Shown: piece after piece, positions 41,742 through 51,179 of the stretch
Position numbering within the stretch: position 1 is the first letter of the stretch
Layout of the letters: each line of letters opens with the position of its first letter
Assembly (NCBI GenBank): GCA_039795875.1
Contig: JBDKKY010000001.1
Span: 750-64,749, forward strand
Reading direction: 5' to 3'
DNA: 64,000 nucleotides
From: Candidatus Parcubacteria bacterium
GTDB taxonomy: Bacteria; Patescibacteriota; Minisyncoccia; Phycocordibacterales; CAIZLB01
Translations under genes and position numbers: made by a program
The notes under the pieces: model-generated
Databases searched by the model: none
Told to the model about the DNA's origin: nothing
The model's input: only the letters and a program-made list of their open reading frames with translations

Positions 41742-42863
41742 ATGCAAAAGAAAAAAAATACTACTAAACCGAAAAACCAAAAAGAAAGAGAAGACGATGA
41801 CAAACTAGAACTAGAAGAGGTAGAAGGTCAGAGTTCCGGCGCTAAGAAAAAAGGCGTCGGCAGTCGAGGTGACGATCAAGGTGTTAACATCAGCGACACT
41901 ATTGCCGAGATCAAGAGTCGTTTTGGAGACGAATCAATCATGAAGCTTGGGGAAAAACCCAAAGTTGATGTTGATGTTGTTCCGACCGGATCTATTGGAC
42001 TAGATGCAGCACTCGGTGTAGGTGGGCTACCTCGAGGAAGAATCATCGAGATCTTCGGACCAGAATCATCTGGTAAGACAACTCTTGCCCTTCATGTCAT
42101 CGCTGAAGCTCAAAAGAAGAATGGTATCTGCGCCTTCATCGATGCTGAACACTCACTGGATCCTGATTATGCTCAGAGACTTGGAGTAAAGATCGACAAT
42201 CTCCTACTCTCTCAACCAGATGCAGGCGAGCAAGCTCTTGAGATTGTTGAGAGCCTCGTTCGAAGTGGAAAGATCGATGTTATTGTTATCGACTCAGTTG
42301 CTGCTCTAACACCTAAAGACGAGATCGAGGGTGATATGGGCGCTCAACACATGGGTAAGCAAGCACGACTTATGTCTCAGGCTTTGCGAAAACTTACTGC
42401 TATCGTAGCCAAGAGTAAAACTATTGTTATCTTTATCAACCAGATCCGTATGCAAATCGGTGTGATGTTTGGTAACCCTGAAACAACACCAGGAGGAAAA
42501 GCGCTTAAGTTCTACACATCTATTCGACTCGACATTCGACGTATTGCTCAGATCAAGAAAGGAGAAGATGTTATGGGAGGACGCGTACGAGTAAAAGTGG
42601 TAAAGAACAAAGTCGCTGCACCATTCCGTCAAACAGAATTCGACCTTATGTACAACGAAGGTATTTCTCTAGAAGGAGAGATGATCGCTCTTGGAGAAAA
42701 AATGAAACTTATACAAAAGAGCGGTTCATCCTATGCATATGGCGATATAAAACTCGGCCGTGGCTATGACGCAACTCGACAATTTTTGAAAGATAAAGAA
42801 AATAAGGACATCAAGGCCAAGATCTTGAAAGAGATTCGTGAAGGTCTTAAGAATGCAGCGTAG
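41742..42863 (+). CDS. recA: recombinase RecA (with a ~45-aa lysine/acidic N-terminal extension)
   Basis: [13 protein letters not shown] Walker A, loops L1/L2, strong end-to-end RecA identity. Confidence 0.97.
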   Translation: MQKKKNTTKPKNQKEREDDDKLELEEVEGQSSGAKKKGVGSRGDDQGVNISDTIAEIKSRFGDESIMKLGEKPKVDVDVVPTGSIGLDAALGVGGLPRGRIIEIFGPESSGKTTLALHVIAEAQKKNGICAFIDAEHSLDPDYAQRLGVKIDNLLLSQPDAGEQALEIVESLVRSGKIDVIVIDSVAALTPKDEIEGDMGAQHMGKQARLMSQALRKLTAIVAKSKTIVIFINQIRMQIGVMFGNPETTPGGKALKFYTSIRLDIRRIAQIKKGEDVMGGRVRVKVVKNKVAAPFRQTEFDLMYNEGISLEGEMIALGEKMKLIQKSGSSYAYGDIKLGRGYDATRQFLKDKENKDIKAKILKEIREGLKNAA

Positions 42864-42872
42864 CTTCTCAAT

Positions 42873-42907
42873 AAAAAACTAGTTCACGATAGAACTAGTT
42901 TTTTATT
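42873..42907 (+). terminator. intrinsic terminator after recA
   Basis: AAAAAACTAGTTC-acgata-GAACTAGTTTTTT. Confidence 0.75.
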
Positions 42908-43166
42908 TGCGAGGCTCCGCAGTAGTGTACATTTGAGCAGACCTTGGTACACATTGTTTCGGATATAAATGCACTATGACGAAAGAGCTCTTCACCTTTT
43001 GTTCCCTTCGTTTCCTCGGAAAACTCTGAAACCTGTTGTAACAAGGTCACCCTCATGTACACTGCACTTCGGAGAGCAAGCTAAAACACCATCTCTATCG
43101 TGAGTGGTGTTTTAGCTAAACGACGAAGCTTCTATCGTGAGTGGTCTTTTCATTAAGCGCTGAAGC

Positions 43167-43373
43167 CTATGCGTTGTTTATATAAGGAATCATCGCCATA
43201 AACCGTGCTCGTTTGATAGCTAGACCTAGATTTCTCTGGTGCTTAGCTGTCACTCCGGATCGCTTTCGTGATACGATTCGTCCGTATTTGTTGATGAACT
43301 TGTTCAATACATCTGTATCTTTATAGTCGATGTGTTGAATATTGTTCTCTGTGAAGTAACACTTTTTTGTCAT
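43167..43373 (-). CDS. rpsR: 30S ribosomal protein S18
   Basis: 68 aa; ...DYKDTDVLNKFI...GRIVSRKRSGVTAKHQRNLGLAIKRARFMAMIPY. Confidence 0.9.
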   Translation of the reverse strand: MTKKCYFTENNIQHIDYKDTDVLNKFINKYGRIVSRKRSGVTAKHQRNLGLAIKRARFMAMIPYINNA

Positions 43374-43406
43374 AATATTCTTTTGATTGGTTAATAATTA
43401 AGGTAA

Positions 43407-43883
43407 CTAGAACGGAATGTCTTCAGGATTGATATCTTCATCAGGATATTTTACTCCATCATCTTTTGATTCACCTGGCATTGGGCCTGCATCATTAGAT
43501 CCTGGGATATCGCCTGAGTCTTGAGAATGACTGTTTCCAGAACTACCTGAACCAGCTCCTCGGGGACCAAATTGGAAGTTCTCAAGAACAATCTCTGTTC
43601 TATACTGCTTCTTTCCGTCTTGACCGTCCCAAGAACGAGTCTGGATTCGTCCTTCTAGATATATAGCACTACCCTTTTTCAAATACTGATTGATTACCTC
43701 AGCCTGTTTTCCGAAGGCCACGATATTGTGGAATTCAGCAACATCTTTCTTTGCTCCAGACGAATCCTTGGTAGAACGGTTTGTGGCAACACTGAATGAA
43801 CTTACGTGCATACCTGATGGTAATGACTTTAGTTCAGGGTCTTTGGTAATATTTCCGTATAAAGTTACTTTGTTTATGTACAT
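43407..43883 (-). CDS. ssb: single-stranded DNA-binding protein
   Basis: OB-fold N-terminus MYINKVTLYGNITKDPELK..., Gly-rich linker, acidic tail ending DIPF. Confidence 0.95.
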   Translation of the reverse strand: MYINKVTLYGNITKDPELKSLPSGMHVSSFSVATNRSTKDSSGAKKDVAEFHNIVAFGKQAEVINQYLKKGSAIYLEGRIQTRSWDGQDGKKQYRTEIVLENFQFGPRGAGSGSSGNSHSQDSGDIPGSNDAGPMPGESKDDGVKYPDEDINPEDIPF

Positions 43884-43976
43884 AATGTTTTCTCTTAGTT
43901 GATAATGTATGTTTGAAAGCTCGAAAGCTGCACACCCATACTCGGAAACTAAGGCGTATCTACTACATGCGTAGTC

Positions 43977-44474
43977 TTATTTTGCATCGACTGTATCTTC
44001 GACAACCGCGTCGGCTTTCACCTCTTCGATTGGAGCCACAGTTTCTGCTTTAGGGACAACATTCTCTTCCATACCGTCGGTATCATTGGCGAGTAGATCT
44101 TTTGAAACAAGAGTATCCTCTGCTACTGTCTTAACGAAAACATATCGAAGAGTTGAATCCAACTCCTTTACATATTTTTCGATAGCAGCAAGAGCTTTTG
44201 CTTCTAATTCGAACTTAACCCAGCCAAAGTACGCGGTTTCATACCATTTCTTTTGGGCTTTGATGGTCTTTGGAATCTCGTAAGCAAGTGAGAACAGTCG
44301 AGGAGCAGACTCAGAGATAAACTCTCCGTTTGCTTTTTCGATTTGTGACTTGATTTTTGAGAATTCAATTTGAACATCAGCCTCAGATAGGGTCGGAAGG
44401 AGATGAATTCCTAATTCATACACCTTGAAGCCTTCCTTTGTGCTTTGTTTTGTAATTTCGGTCATGCCAAACAC
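43977..44474 (-). CDS. rpsF: 30S ribosomal protein S6
   Basis: rpsF-ssb-rpsR synteny; S6-like pattern (YEL...HLLPTLSEADV ... LRYVFVKT); the track start appears to be a GTG, and the ATG at 44465 (MTEITK) may be the true start. Confidence 0.8.
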   Translation of the reverse strand: MFGMTEITKQSTKEGFKVYELGIHLLPTLSEADVQIEFSKIKSQIEKANGEFISESAPRLFSLAYEIPKTIKAQKKWYETAYFGWVKFELEAKALAAIEKYVKELDSTLRYVFVKTVAEDTLVSKDLLANDTDGMEENVVPKAETVAPIEEVKADAVVEDTVDAK

Positions 44475-44514
44475 TTTAGCATGAAAGCTTAAAAAACGCC
44501 AGTTTTATGGGCTT

Positions 44515-45306
44515 TTATAGGGTTTTCAACCAGTATCTACGGGCGTTGGTGGCAAGGGTATCTATAACCTCTTGTAAGGGCACCTGCTTGATCTCAGCGA
44601 TCTTCTTATATATCTCTATCACATAGAGCGGACTGTTCCTTTGGCCTCTGTAAGGGGTTGGAGCGACATATGGGCTGTCTGTTTCGGCGAACATACGGTC
44701 TAGTGGTACTGCTTGGACCAACTCCTCATAAGCCTTAACAAAAGTGATCACCCCAGTAAAAGAGATGCTAAAACCCAGGTCTAGAAATGCTTGGGCCTCT
44801 TCTTTGGAACCAACGAAGAAGTGAGCATTTCCTCTATATTCTACCTCTCCGGGCTTAAAGTATTCTTTAAGAATCTCTAAAGTTTTACTGTAGGCCTCAC
44901 GCACATGGAGCATCAATGGCTTTTTATATTTTATAGAAAATGCAATCTGTGTACGAAAGACTTTTTCTTGCATGGCCAAATCTTCCTCTGTCAATTTGAT
45001 ATCTCCTCGTTCAAAGTAATCCAAACCACACTCCCCTATACCAACTACTTTGGGATTAGCCGCCAATTCTTCAAACTTAGCATTATCCTCGTGCTCGTTA
45101 GCATGCACAGGGTGACTACCAATAATAGGAAAAATTTGCCCCGGATATTTTTCGGCCAGTACAATACCCTCTACTGAAGTCTTATGTGTAGTCCCGATAT
45201 TTATCGCCACCACATTTTTCTCTTTCATTTCAGTCAAAAGCTGCTCCCGATCTTCATCGAAATCTTTAAAATTTATATGGGCATGTAGGTCAATATATGG
45301 GTTCAT
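44515..45306 (-). CDS. tatD: TatD-family metal-dependent hydrolase/DNase
   Basis: IDLHAHI, IGECGLDYF, HVREAY, ETDSPYVAP motifs. Confidence 0.9.
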   Translation of the reverse strand: MNPYIDLHAHINFKDFDEDREQLLTEMKEKNVVAINIGTTHKTSVEGIVLAEKYPGQIFPIIGSHPVHANEHEDNAKFEELAANPKVVGIGECGLDYFERGDIKLTEEDLAMQEKVFRTQIAFSIKYKKPLMLHVREAYSKTLEILKEYFKPGEVEYRGNAHFFVGSKEEAQAFLDLGFSISFTGVITFVKAYEELVQAVPLDRMFAETDSPYVAPTPYRGQRNSPLYVIEIYKKIAEIKQVPLQEVIDTLATNARRYWLKTL

Positions 45307-45308
45307 GG

Positions 45309-46763
45309 CTAAATCTTATCAAACAACGGCCTCTCCGGCATTTGCCTTGTTTCAATGTGTTTAATAATCTCTGGCACATTGTCTGGTAGGATAGGCTGAG
45401 CAAAAGACGCCAAGATGTAAAACTTGACCATCATCTCACCCACAATCTTTTTTGCCTTTTCTGGATCAGTCTTGAATAATTTGAATGGCTCTGTCTCTTG
45501 AATCCAGACATCGATAGAAGCAAATCCTTGCCAAAGATAGTTAGCATAACCGGTGACGTCATTATTTTCTAGATACTCACCCACTTTCTCATGAACTTCT
45601 TGCCAATAGGTATTATTGGTAATAGTCATTGGATCAAACTGCACATCATAACTAATCATCATTTTCAAAAGACGGTTGGTCAGGTTGCCAATACCGTTTG
45701 CCAGGTGCGCATTGTATGATGCAACAATCAAATCTTTAGTGATCTCACCATCATCCAAAAGTGGCACATCGTGGGCAAAAAAGAATCGTAGACCCTCAGC
45801 TCCAACAAGCTCAATCATTTCGTATGGATCTATTACATTTCCCAAACTCTTACTCATCTTCTTACCACCTGATTGCATCAAGCCGGTAACCAATATTTTT
45901 TTAGGTAGAGAGATCCCAGCGGACAACAACATACCCGGCCAAATAGCAGCATGGAAACGTAAAATATCTTTTCCAATAAGATGTATGGCCTCTGGCCAAA
46001 ATGTCTTGAATGTCTCATCCACCATTGTGCCAAAACCGAGAGCAGAGATATAATTGACCAATGCATCACCCCACACATATATAGCTTGTGTTGGATCATT
46101 CGGAACAAGAATAGCATTCTTCTGACCATGATACGGTCGAGAAAAACTGATATCTTCTAAGCCTTCTTCAAGCACGGCCAAGATCTCATTCTTCCGAGCT
46201 TCAGGGCGCACCAGTAGTTCGTCGGACTCTATAGCCTTCTTGATCCGATCTCTATATTTAGAAAGTCTAAAGAAATAATTTTTTTCTTTTAATAATTCTG
46301 CAGGCGTTTCATGTATAGGACAGCAACCATGTATTAAGTCTTTTTCAGTTTTAAAAGATTCACAACCAACACAATAATATCCTTCGTAACTTCCCTCATA
46401 TATATCCCCTGCTTTTTCCAAACGATTCCACATCTCAATAACTCCCTGATGATGTGCATCCGGATCTGTAGTCCGAATATATTGATCATATGAGATATGT
46501 AATTGACCAAACAAGTGCTGAGAAATAGCTGCCTGCTCATCTAAAAACGCAATAACTTCTTTACCTTCTAAATCAGCCATTCTTTGTACCTTCAAACTAT
46601 TTTCATCAGCTCCTGTAAGGAAGTACGTTGGTCGTCCTACCATACGAGCCATACGGGCAAAAATATCACACATACTTGCAGCATATGCATGCCCGATGTG
46701 TAATTTGCCATTTGGATAAAAAATCGGCGTAGTTATATAAAATGGTCGGTTTTCAGAAGTCAT
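45309..46763 (-). CDS. metG: methionyl-tRNA synthetase (short form)
   Basis: HIGH-type motif (YPNGKLHIGHAY), KMSKS, zinc knuckle CVGCESF...CPIH. Confidence 0.95.
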   Translation of the reverse strand: MTSENRPFYITTPIFYPNGKLHIGHAYAASMCDIFARMARMVGRPTYFLTGADENSLKVQRMADLEGKEVIAFLDEQAAISQHLFGQLHISYDQYIRTTDPDAHHQGVIEMWNRLEKAGDIYEGSYEGYYCVGCESFKTEKDLIHGCCPIHETPAELLKEKNYFFRLSKYRDRIKKAIESDELLVRPEARKNEILAVLEEGLEDISFSRPYHGQKNAILVPNDPTQAIYVWGDALVNYISALGFGTMVDETFKTFWPEAIHLIGKDILRFHAAIWPGMLLSAGISLPKKILVTGLMQSGGKKMSKSLGNVIDPYEMIELVGAEGLRFFFAHDVPLLDDGEITKDLIVASYNAHLANGIGNLTNRLLKMMISYDVQFDPMTITNNTYWQEVHEKVGEYLENNDVTGYANYLWQGFASIDVWIQETEPFKLFKTDPEKAKKIVGEMMVKFYILASFAQPILPDNVPEIIKHIETRQMPERPLFDKI

Positions 46764-46797
46764 GTAATCTATGGTAGCAGAAAATCAACAAAAAAGG

Positions 46798-47886
46798 CTA
46801 TACAGCCTCAGGTAACTGTATATCCTCAGCATCCTCGATCATTTTCTTCCTTCGAGTATAGTCATCTAGGTATTCTACTATCAACACAGCGACAGGAATA
46901 GACAAGATGATGCCTACAAACCCAGCCAACTCTACTCCGGCGATCAAAGAGATGATAACAAGTAGTGGTGGGACACCTGTGATTTTTTTAACCACCAGAG
47001 GATAAATGATGTGGGATTCTACCTGGTGAATAACAGTAAAGATGATCACCACGATCAAGGCCACACCCAATCCGCCTTTGATCAACGTAAAGAGAAAAGC
47101 GATAGCGGTTGCAAGGAAGATCCCAACAACCGGAATAAACTCTAAGAGTCCTGCTATAAGAGAGAGCAAGAAAACATGTTGGATTTGATCGCCGAGGAAA
47201 ATCTTGGCGATCCCCAATCCAACAAACATCATCAGGAATACCAGCCCCATCAACATAAATTGTCCCTGAATCCATTTTCCAATCTTGTCTTGTACTCTGT
47301 CCCACAGGCTGATGACATATTTTTCGTATTGCCGAGGTGTAATCAGTCCTAAAAATCGTGCAACTCCTCTGTCTTCTATAGACAAATACACCGCCATCAC
47401 CAACACCAGAACCAAACTGATGATGCCTCCAAAGAAACGAGTGACGGTATCAAATACCCCTCCGGCAAAATCAGAAAACGAAGAGGTGATCAGACTGATC
47501 AAGTCTTCCATAGAGATTGTTTGCGGGATACCTGGAAATACATGCTTTGCACTAGCATATAAACTTTTTTGAATTGGATTTAAAATATCAGCAGTCTTAA
47601 TAGTTCCCGGCAAAGAGTTCAATGCTGAAAAAGTTTCTTTTACCAGTGGTGGTAGCGCCAACAAAATAAATGACGTGACTGCTATAATGATAATGCTATA
47701 TGAAAAAAATACAGACGAACCTCGACGCGAACCTTTACGTATAAAGAAATTGATCATTGGTTCCATAAATGAGGCCAACACTACCGCCACCAACACGGAG
47801 AGAAGAAGGCCTTGCAACTGAACAAGAGCCAGGAATACAAGTATGCCGCAAATGATCTTTGCGATGGCACCACCGGTAATATTCAT
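46798..47886 (-). CDS. AI-2E family transporter (PerM/UPF0118)
   Basis: 362 aa, about 8 TM helices, topology and size typical of the AI-2E/UPF0118 family. Confidence 0.7.
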   Translation of the reverse strand: MNITGGAIAKIICGILVFLALVQLQGLLLSVLVAVVLASFMEPMINFFIRKGSRRGSSVFFSYSIIIIAVTSFILLALPPLVKETFSALNSLPGTIKTADILNPIQKSLYASAKHVFPGIPQTISMEDLISLITSSFSDFAGGVFDTVTRFFGGIISLVLVLVMAVYLSIEDRGVARFLGLITPRQYEKYVISLWDRVQDKIGKWIQGQFMLMGLVFLMMFVGLGIAKIFLGDQIQHVFLLSLIAGLLEFIPVVGIFLATAIAFLFTLIKGGLGVALIVVIIFTVIHQVESHIIYPLVVKKITGVPPLLVIISLIAGVELAGFVGIILSIPVAVLIVEYLDDYTRRKKMIEDAEDIQLPEAV

Positions 47887-47919
47887 ATTTTTATAATATC
47901 ACACAAACAGGTTGCTTTA

Positions 47920-48453
47920 TCAATAGAGGTCTGGCTTTATGAAGGGAATCAAGGCAAAGATAGTGGCGTGCCGATCGAGCTCAACCCGGTCTATAATTCC
48001 ACCCGTCAAGAGACCGCTGGCCCCTGAACCTTGTTTAGAGTTCTGCATTTTGAATATTGTGTCTCCTACCTCACCTATCTCCATACCTTGGTCTATAAGC
48101 ATTGTTCTATATATAGAAGGAGCGATATAGGTCGCTGATCGTCCTTTGCCCTCCCGCCCATCGGCGGAACAGACATAGGTCCAAGAGAATTGGTGCAGTT
48201 CGCCCATGATGTCGTCGACCCCTCCTTCAAGTCCCACCCAGAAATCCGCGTTTGGATGTTCGGCCTTAATCCCAAGAACTCGGTTTCGAGCACCCAACAA
48301 AGTCTCCTCATCAGTCATCGGCTGTCCGGAAACGCCAGAGGCTGAGGCAACCCCTTCAAATACAAGCTCTTCATCGGGAAAAACTGCCGCGAAGGCACAC
48401 CGTGTTGATTCGATCTTTGTTGGATTGGTTGAGGCAACAATAATCTTTTTCAT
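47920..48453 (-). CDS. inosine/xanthosine triphosphatase (YjjX-type non-canonical NTP phosphatase)
   Basis: IIVASTNPTKI...SGVSGQPMTDEETLLGARNRV...FWVGLEGGVD...RSATYIAP close to the E. coli YjjX pattern. Confidence 0.8.
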   Translation of the reverse strand: MKKIIVASTNPTKIESTRCAFAAVFPDEELVFEGVASASGVSGQPMTDEETLLGARNRVLGIKAEHPNADFWVGLEGGVDDIMGELHQFSWTYVCSADGREGKGRSATYIAPSIYRTMLIDQGMEIGEVGDTIFKMQNSKQGSGASGLLTGGIIDRVELDRHATIFALIPFIKPDLY

Positions 48454-48461
48454 AAAATATC

Positions 48462-49712
48462 TTATAATAACAAATGATCAACATTCTCACCAATAGCGGC
48501 AAGATAGGTATTTTCTTTTTTAAATAATGCCCGAGCAATTCGCAAGATATCTTTTTCTGTTACGGCGTCGATCTTTTTATACATTTCTTTAGGCGTCATC
48601 AACTCGCCCGTTCGTAGATATTGCGATGCATAAAAGTTTGATAATTCTTCACACGACTCAAGACTCATAGCAATGGCAGACTTTATCATTTGTTTAGCTT
48701 TATCAAGTTCCGCCTTGCCTGTTCCATATGTAGCCAACTGCTCACACTCTCCCCAAATCCCCATCAGGCCGATCTGTGACCGAGCCATGTCAACACCGGC
48801 CGCTAGGATAAATCGCCCCTTGTTTTTGGTTGAAGTCTCTTGTACTGCGTGGACATAGTAACAGATACCGAGCTCCTCTCGCATTTTCAGAAATAGTCGT
48901 GAGCTCATACCTTGACCCAAGATGACGGCTATGAGCCTATATACAAATCGATCCTTATGAGTGTATCCCGGCGTCTCCAGTCCAAGAATCATATGCACCT
49001 GGTCTGTTGTTTTAGATAGAATCTCTTTTTTCTTTTGGGTTGGAACAATTTTTGGGTCAGCTAGAACTTGTTTTTTAAATTTTCCTTTTTTATCTTCAAA
49101 CAACTTTTTCAACAGAGTATGGATCTCTGCTGGTTTGATACCTCCTGAAACTGTAACCAACGTATTTTCTGGCACGTAGTATTTGTCATAAAAAGCCCGC
49201 AAATCTTCTTGAGAGAAACTTGAGACCGTTTTCTTAGTACCGAGTATACTTCGACCAAAGGCTTGGCCAGGATACATCAACTCATCGAGCATTATTGAAA
49301 CTTTTTCCGGATACATATCCTCATACATGGCCATCTCTTGGATTACCACACCTTTTTCTTTCTCTACTTCAGTGACCGGAAACTGTGCATTTTTATAAAT
49401 ATCCGAAAGAATTTCTATAATATTAGCAGCATTATTTTTAGAAGCTTTCGCCCAATACCCTGTCAGAGTTGTGGAAGTGAAGGCATTATTCATCGCACCT
49501 ATTTTCTCAAAATCAAAAGCGATATCTTTAGCACTGCCTCGCTTCTCTGTTTTCTTAAACATCATGTGTTCAAGAAAATGAGCAACCCCATTTTGCGGGG
49601 CCGTCTCGTAGGCTGACCCTGTTTTTATCAACACAGAAACCGCCACCGTTTCACTTTGGGTCGGAATTACTAGATATTGTAGGCCGTTTTTCAGTTTTTT
49701 GACTTTATACAT
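48462..49712 (-). CDS. M16-family zinc peptidase (insulinase-like)
   Basis: inverted zinc motif HFLEHMMFKKT (HxxEH) with a downstream Glu. Confidence 0.85.
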   Translation of the reverse strand: MYKVKKLKNGLQYLVIPTQSETVAVSVLIKTGSAYETAPQNGVAHFLEHMMFKKTEKRGSAKDIAFDFEKIGAMNNAFTSTTLTGYWAKASKNNAANIIEILSDIYKNAQFPVTEVEKEKGVVIQEMAMYEDMYPEKVSIMLDELMYPGQAFGRSILGTKKTVSSFSQEDLRAFYDKYYVPENTLVTVSGGIKPAEIHTLLKKLFEDKKGKFKKQVLADPKIVPTQKKKEILSKTTDQVHMILGLETPGYTHKDRFVYRLIAVILGQGMSSRLFLKMREELGICYYVHAVQETSTKNKGRFILAAGVDMARSQIGLMGIWGECEQLATYGTGKAELDKAKQMIKSAIAMSLESCEELSNFYASQYLRTGELMTPKEMYKKIDAVTEKDILRIARALFKKENTYLAAIGENVDHLLL

Positions 49713-49724
49713 GTTTAGGAATTT

Positions 49725-51113
49725 TTAGAGTAGGCTTGATAAATCCGCAATATTGATAGTCCTCTGTTCCCCACTATCTCGATCTCGTACTGTTACAGTG
49801 CCTTTCTCCAGAGAATCGAAATCAACAGTGACACACAAAGGCGTACCAATCTCATCCTGTCGTCGATATCGTTTACCAATAGAACCGGTTTCGTCGTAAG
49901 CGATCTTAGAAGCGGGAATACCATGTTTAGCAGCCAGTGCTCGGAGACCATCCCAAACTTCTTTGGCTTTGGCTATCAATTCTGGTTTATTTTTCAATAA
50001 TGGAAATACTGCGATACGATATGGCGCCACCGCTGGGGAAAGTTTGAGGAAAATTCGAGGCTCACCACCAAGATCATCGGTAGAATAAGCTGTGGCGATA
50101 ACCGCCAAAACAGCTCGATCCAAACCGAAGGCAGGCTCAATACAATGTGGCATAAACCGTTCTTTCGCCTCTTCATCATAATATGACAAATCCACTTTTG
50201 ATCCATCAGTATGGGCTTTCAAATCAAAATCTGTTCTGTATGCCAAACCAGAAAATTCTTTGGTACCGAACGGAAAATCATATTCAAAATCAATTGTCCG
50301 AGCTGAGTAGTGAGCCCTATCCTCTGCCGCAATCTCGTGCTCATGCATCTTTTCTTTATCTAACCCGATATCCTCTATAAAATTCCAAGTCTCTTTTCTA
50401 AATTCTTCAAATGACTTTTCCCAATCTTTTGGATTCACAAAATATTCAATCTCCATTTGTTCAAGTTCCCGCACTCGGAACACGAAGTCACGTGGGGCAA
50501 TCTCATTTCGGAAAGATTTACCAATCTGGCCCATACCAAATGGAAGTTTTGGATGAAATGTGTCTTGAATATTTTTGAAGTTAACAAACATACCTTGAGC
50601 GGTCTCTGGTCGTAGATACACAACATTGTCATCTGACTCAATAGCACCCATGTTTGTTTTGAACATCATATTAAATTGCCGAACTTCGCCAAGAGGATTT
50701 CCGTCTGGACTTTTTATTCCCTTCTCTTTGATCATAGTAGACATGTCATCAACCGACTTTCCTGCAGGATCAATACCCGCCTCTTCCAGAAGATGGTCAG
50801 CTCGATACCGTTTCTTTGTTTTTAAATCTTCAACCAGCGGATCGGCAAATCCAGCTACGTGTCCAGAAGCTTTCCAGACTTTTGAATTCATCAGAATCGC
50901 AGCGTCCATACCATACATATCTGTTTTATCATCAACAAAACGCTTCCACCAGATCTGCTTAATAGAGTTTTTTAGCATCACTCCGAGAGGGCCGTAGTCC
51001 CAAGTACCAGCTAGACCTCCATAGATCTCAGAACCTTGATAAATAAAACCTCGTCTCTTACATAGAGAAATGAGGTCTTCCATTGTTACTTTCGCTGTTT
51101 CGTCGTGTGCCAT
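49725..51113 (-). CDS. glyQS: glycyl-tRNA synthetase (class II, dimeric GlyQS type)
   Basis: N-terminal LCKRRGFIYQGSEIYGGLAGTWDYGPLG and class II motifs; 462 aa. Confidence 0.95.
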   Translation of the reverse strand: MAHDETAKVTMEDLISLCKRRGFIYQGSEIYGGLAGTWDYGPLGVMLKNSIKQIWWKRFVDDKTDMYGMDAAILMNSKVWKASGHVAGFADPLVEDLKTKKRYRADHLLEEAGIDPAGKSVDDMSTMIKEKGIKSPDGNPLGEVRQFNMMFKTNMGAIESDDNVVYLRPETAQGMFVNFKNIQDTFHPKLPFGMGQIGKSFRNEIAPRDFVFRVRELEQMEIEYFVNPKDWEKSFEEFRKETWNFIEDIGLDKEKMHEHEIAAEDRAHYSARTIDFEYDFPFGTKEFSGLAYRTDFDLKAHTDGSKVDLSYYDEEAKERFMPHCIEPAFGLDRAVLAVIATAYSTDDLGGEPRIFLKLSPAVAPYRIAVFPLLKNKPELIAKAKEVWDGLRALAAKHGIPASKIAYDETGSIGKRYRRQDEIGTPLCVTVDFDSLEKGTVTVRDRDSGEQRTINIADLSSLL

Positions 51114-51179
51114 AATAGACCCACTATAGCATTAAAAAACGCCCTTTTCGAGGGGGTTTTGATTGTGAGCAACCCTGGT

